DNA of 63,112 nt, filler included, from Moniliella sp. 'wahieum' (lineage: Eukaryota), in assembly GCA_003971905.1 (NCBI GenBank). It is 4 parts of 4 records of this genome, joined end to end, with 100 filler letters (N's around TTAATTAATTAA, not from the genome) between each part and the next. Parts side by side here need not be neighbours in the genome. Positions count along the whole stretch, not along the records: positions 51,926 to 63,112 come from RSEE01000221.1; 3 more parts are not named here. The stretch is one strand, 5' to 3'. Shown here one piece after another: positions 61,169 to 63,112 of this stretch (position 1 is the stretch's first letter; each line of letters begins with the position of its first letter). A program made the translations under genes and the position numbers. Under the pieces are notes generated by a model. It was given only the letters and a program-made list of their open reading frames with translations, did not search any database and was not told the origin of the DNA.

Positions 61169-63030
61169 TCAATTGGCGAGAGGAACGGGGGGGCGGAAGA
61201 GAGCTTGTTCTGAGATCGAAGGAACGGAAGATGGGACGGGAGAAGGAGGTGGCGGATCAAGGGAGTTTGGGAAGCAAGGGAAGCAAGCATGAGACCCCGC
61301 TCGCGCCGATCCTATACCACCTCCGCCCAGCCCGGAGTGACCATCGCAACAGGACCACCATACCGTGACCCAGAGCGCACATGACGAGCGCAACGACCAC
61401 GTTCCCCGCACGCTCATCGCCACCAGAGGGACCAACAGGGACTTGATCACCTCGGGGGCATAGAGGAGCGTGAAACGTACCGCCGACTCGAGCACCACTG
61501 CCCGGGACCCGAATGCTCGATCGAGCAGTGCAGCCATCGAAGCCGTCTGCGTTGGGTCATATGGTCCAGCTGGACCAACGACTGGGTCATCCGTTCGCTC
61601 CCTTCTACCGCCAGTGTTGTCGCTCGGCAATCCGCGTCCAATCCGCCAAAACAAGGTCAACGTGTACTGTGCAAGGAATCCAGTGGGTGTCTAGGGCGCG
61701 CAAGCCGTGCGCGCGCTCAGCAGGTCTGTGCCCACTTCCATTGCGCTCAACTTGAGCGTATGCATCTCCTTGGATAGCCCACCCACTTCCTCCTGCACCG
61801 GGTGCAACAGATTGGTCACTTCTCGGTCCAACGCGTGGATGGTGGTGCGCAACAGCGAATTCCAACTGGGTTTGAGGTCTCCGCCTGCTCAGCCAAAAAA
61901 TGTGAAGGTCGGTATCCAACGCTCGCGAGCGCTCTTCCATCGCTACCAGTACGTGCTGATGAGCTTGGTCCGATCTGTCGGTAAGCGACGCAAGCTGTTC
62001 CTCGACGGCATGTTGCGTCTGGCGGGATAGATTGGCATGCTCGGCCCGAAGGGCGTCCAGGTCCTGTTGCAGCGCGGCAGCCAGTTCATGCAGTTGGTCC
62101 GTTTGGACGGCGTACACCGCATTCCATCGTTCCAGGCCTTGTTGCACAACGGGATTAGCTGCGCTTGTTCCTCCAAGCGGGTGCGCCACGTATCCCGCGC
62201 TTGGTCCACCCCTTGCGTGACGAAGTTGGATGCAATGCACGTCAAAGTCACGGCTGGCCGTAACATAGGATGTCCAGAGTTGGGGAGAGCGGGAAAGGGA
62301 TCTAAAGGTGCAGAAGGAGGGGGGTCAGGGGCCAAAGAAGAAATGTAGGTGAACACGTACGTACTCTATGCAACGCGGAGGAGGCGCGATAAGAACCGGT
62401 TCGGTCCTGGTCAGGATGTGTACTGGGATAAGGAGAAGCGGGAGGTCTTGGCATTCGGCTGGGGTAGACAGGCCGGCCAATTCGATCTCGCACCCGCGCT
62501 AGCTCAACACTGGCTCGCATCCGGCCAGACGTGGTTGTTTGCTCGCCCCCAATGCCCAATCGCCTGGCACGTCGGAGGGTGACATGGGAGTGCATGCGTC
62601 CTGAATGAAGGTGGAGGTGTGTAGTAGCAGTCGGACGAGTGGTGCTCAGTTTGAGCCGATTGGAGCAGCTCGGCACGTTTCAGTGCATCCACCCGGAGAT
62701 CGGGCGGAGAGCCGTCGAGGGATCAGCCATGTTTCGTCTGTCGACACCTCGATTGTACTCCAGGGGAGAGAGGGCGTACCAGACAAGTAGCGGGGCTGCT
62801 GGGTTGGGCTGGGGAATGGGCGGTGATATGCATGGGTAATGAAGCAAGCAAGAGGATGCGACGGATGGCATGCCAGCGCCAGCTTGGCATCTTGGCCGTC
62901 TTAGCTTTCTGGGGGCGAGTCGGGGCATGGAGAGGCGGGCAGGAGGCGCGAGAGGTGGTGGTGGTGGTTGGCGGAGGAAGATGAGCAGGAGGAGGACGAG
63001 AAAGGAAGGAGGAGGAGGAGAGTGTGCCAT
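61169..63030 (-). CDS. KAR5: Nuclear fusion protein Kar5/Tht1/Gex1 family; spliced and frameshifted
   Basis: Signal peptide MAHSPPPPSFLVLLLLIFL; Cys-rich domain pieces SDCYY, RMRASVELA, RSPQLWTSY...HC; coiled-coil (LHELAAALQQDLDALRAE); C-terminal hydrophobic segments. Confidence 0.7.
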
Positions 63031-63112
63031 TGTGTTCTGTCTGGGCGTTGTAGGCGCAGCGGTGGCGGCTGGTGAAGCTTGAAGGCCGGTGGACAGACAG
63101 CCGTCGGATAGA

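Noticed and set aside
775..63030. Mass pseudogenisation or programmed frameshifting of GH79, phosphatase, ABCC, alcohol oxidase, ARG7 and KAR5
   Set aside because: Small indels hit every gene, the rRNA and a Copia element with identical LTRs while catalytic motifs stay intact; sequencing or consensus error is far simpler

Overview
Eukaryotic fungal DNA, most likely a basidiomycete (probably Ustilaginomycotina-like, inferred from protein and intron style). The window is four unlinked contigs (1-17069, 17170-33925, 34026-51825, 51926-63112) joined by artificial N44-TTAATTAATTAA-N44 linkers. Contigs 1 and 3 start with (CCCTAA)n telomere repeats, and contig 2 starts with a 9-nt telomere remnant fused inside the 5.8S rRNA gene. 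Contig 1 carries a GH79 hydrolase, a complete-bordered Ty1/Copia element (identical 163-bp LTRs, GTAGT target-site duplication), an intron-containing tRNA-Gln(CUG), a histidine acid phosphatase and a purine-rich microsatellite block. Contig 2 carries a doubly truncated rDNA piece whose 28S stops at the R1-type insertion hotspot, an RCC1-repeat (SAF1-like) gene, a family-16 methyltransferase and a decayed CRE/Cnl1-like non-LTR retrotransposon. Contig 3 carries an ABCC transporter, an AT-richer island with a decayed DUF3435/Crypton-like tyrosine recombinase, and a peroxisomal long-chain alcohol oxidase. Contig 4 carries ABHD11-like hydrolase, RTC4-like, ARG7/ArgJ and KAR5-like genes. Nearly every gene, and the rRNA, has small indels, which points to an unpolished assembly, so gene coordinates are approximate.
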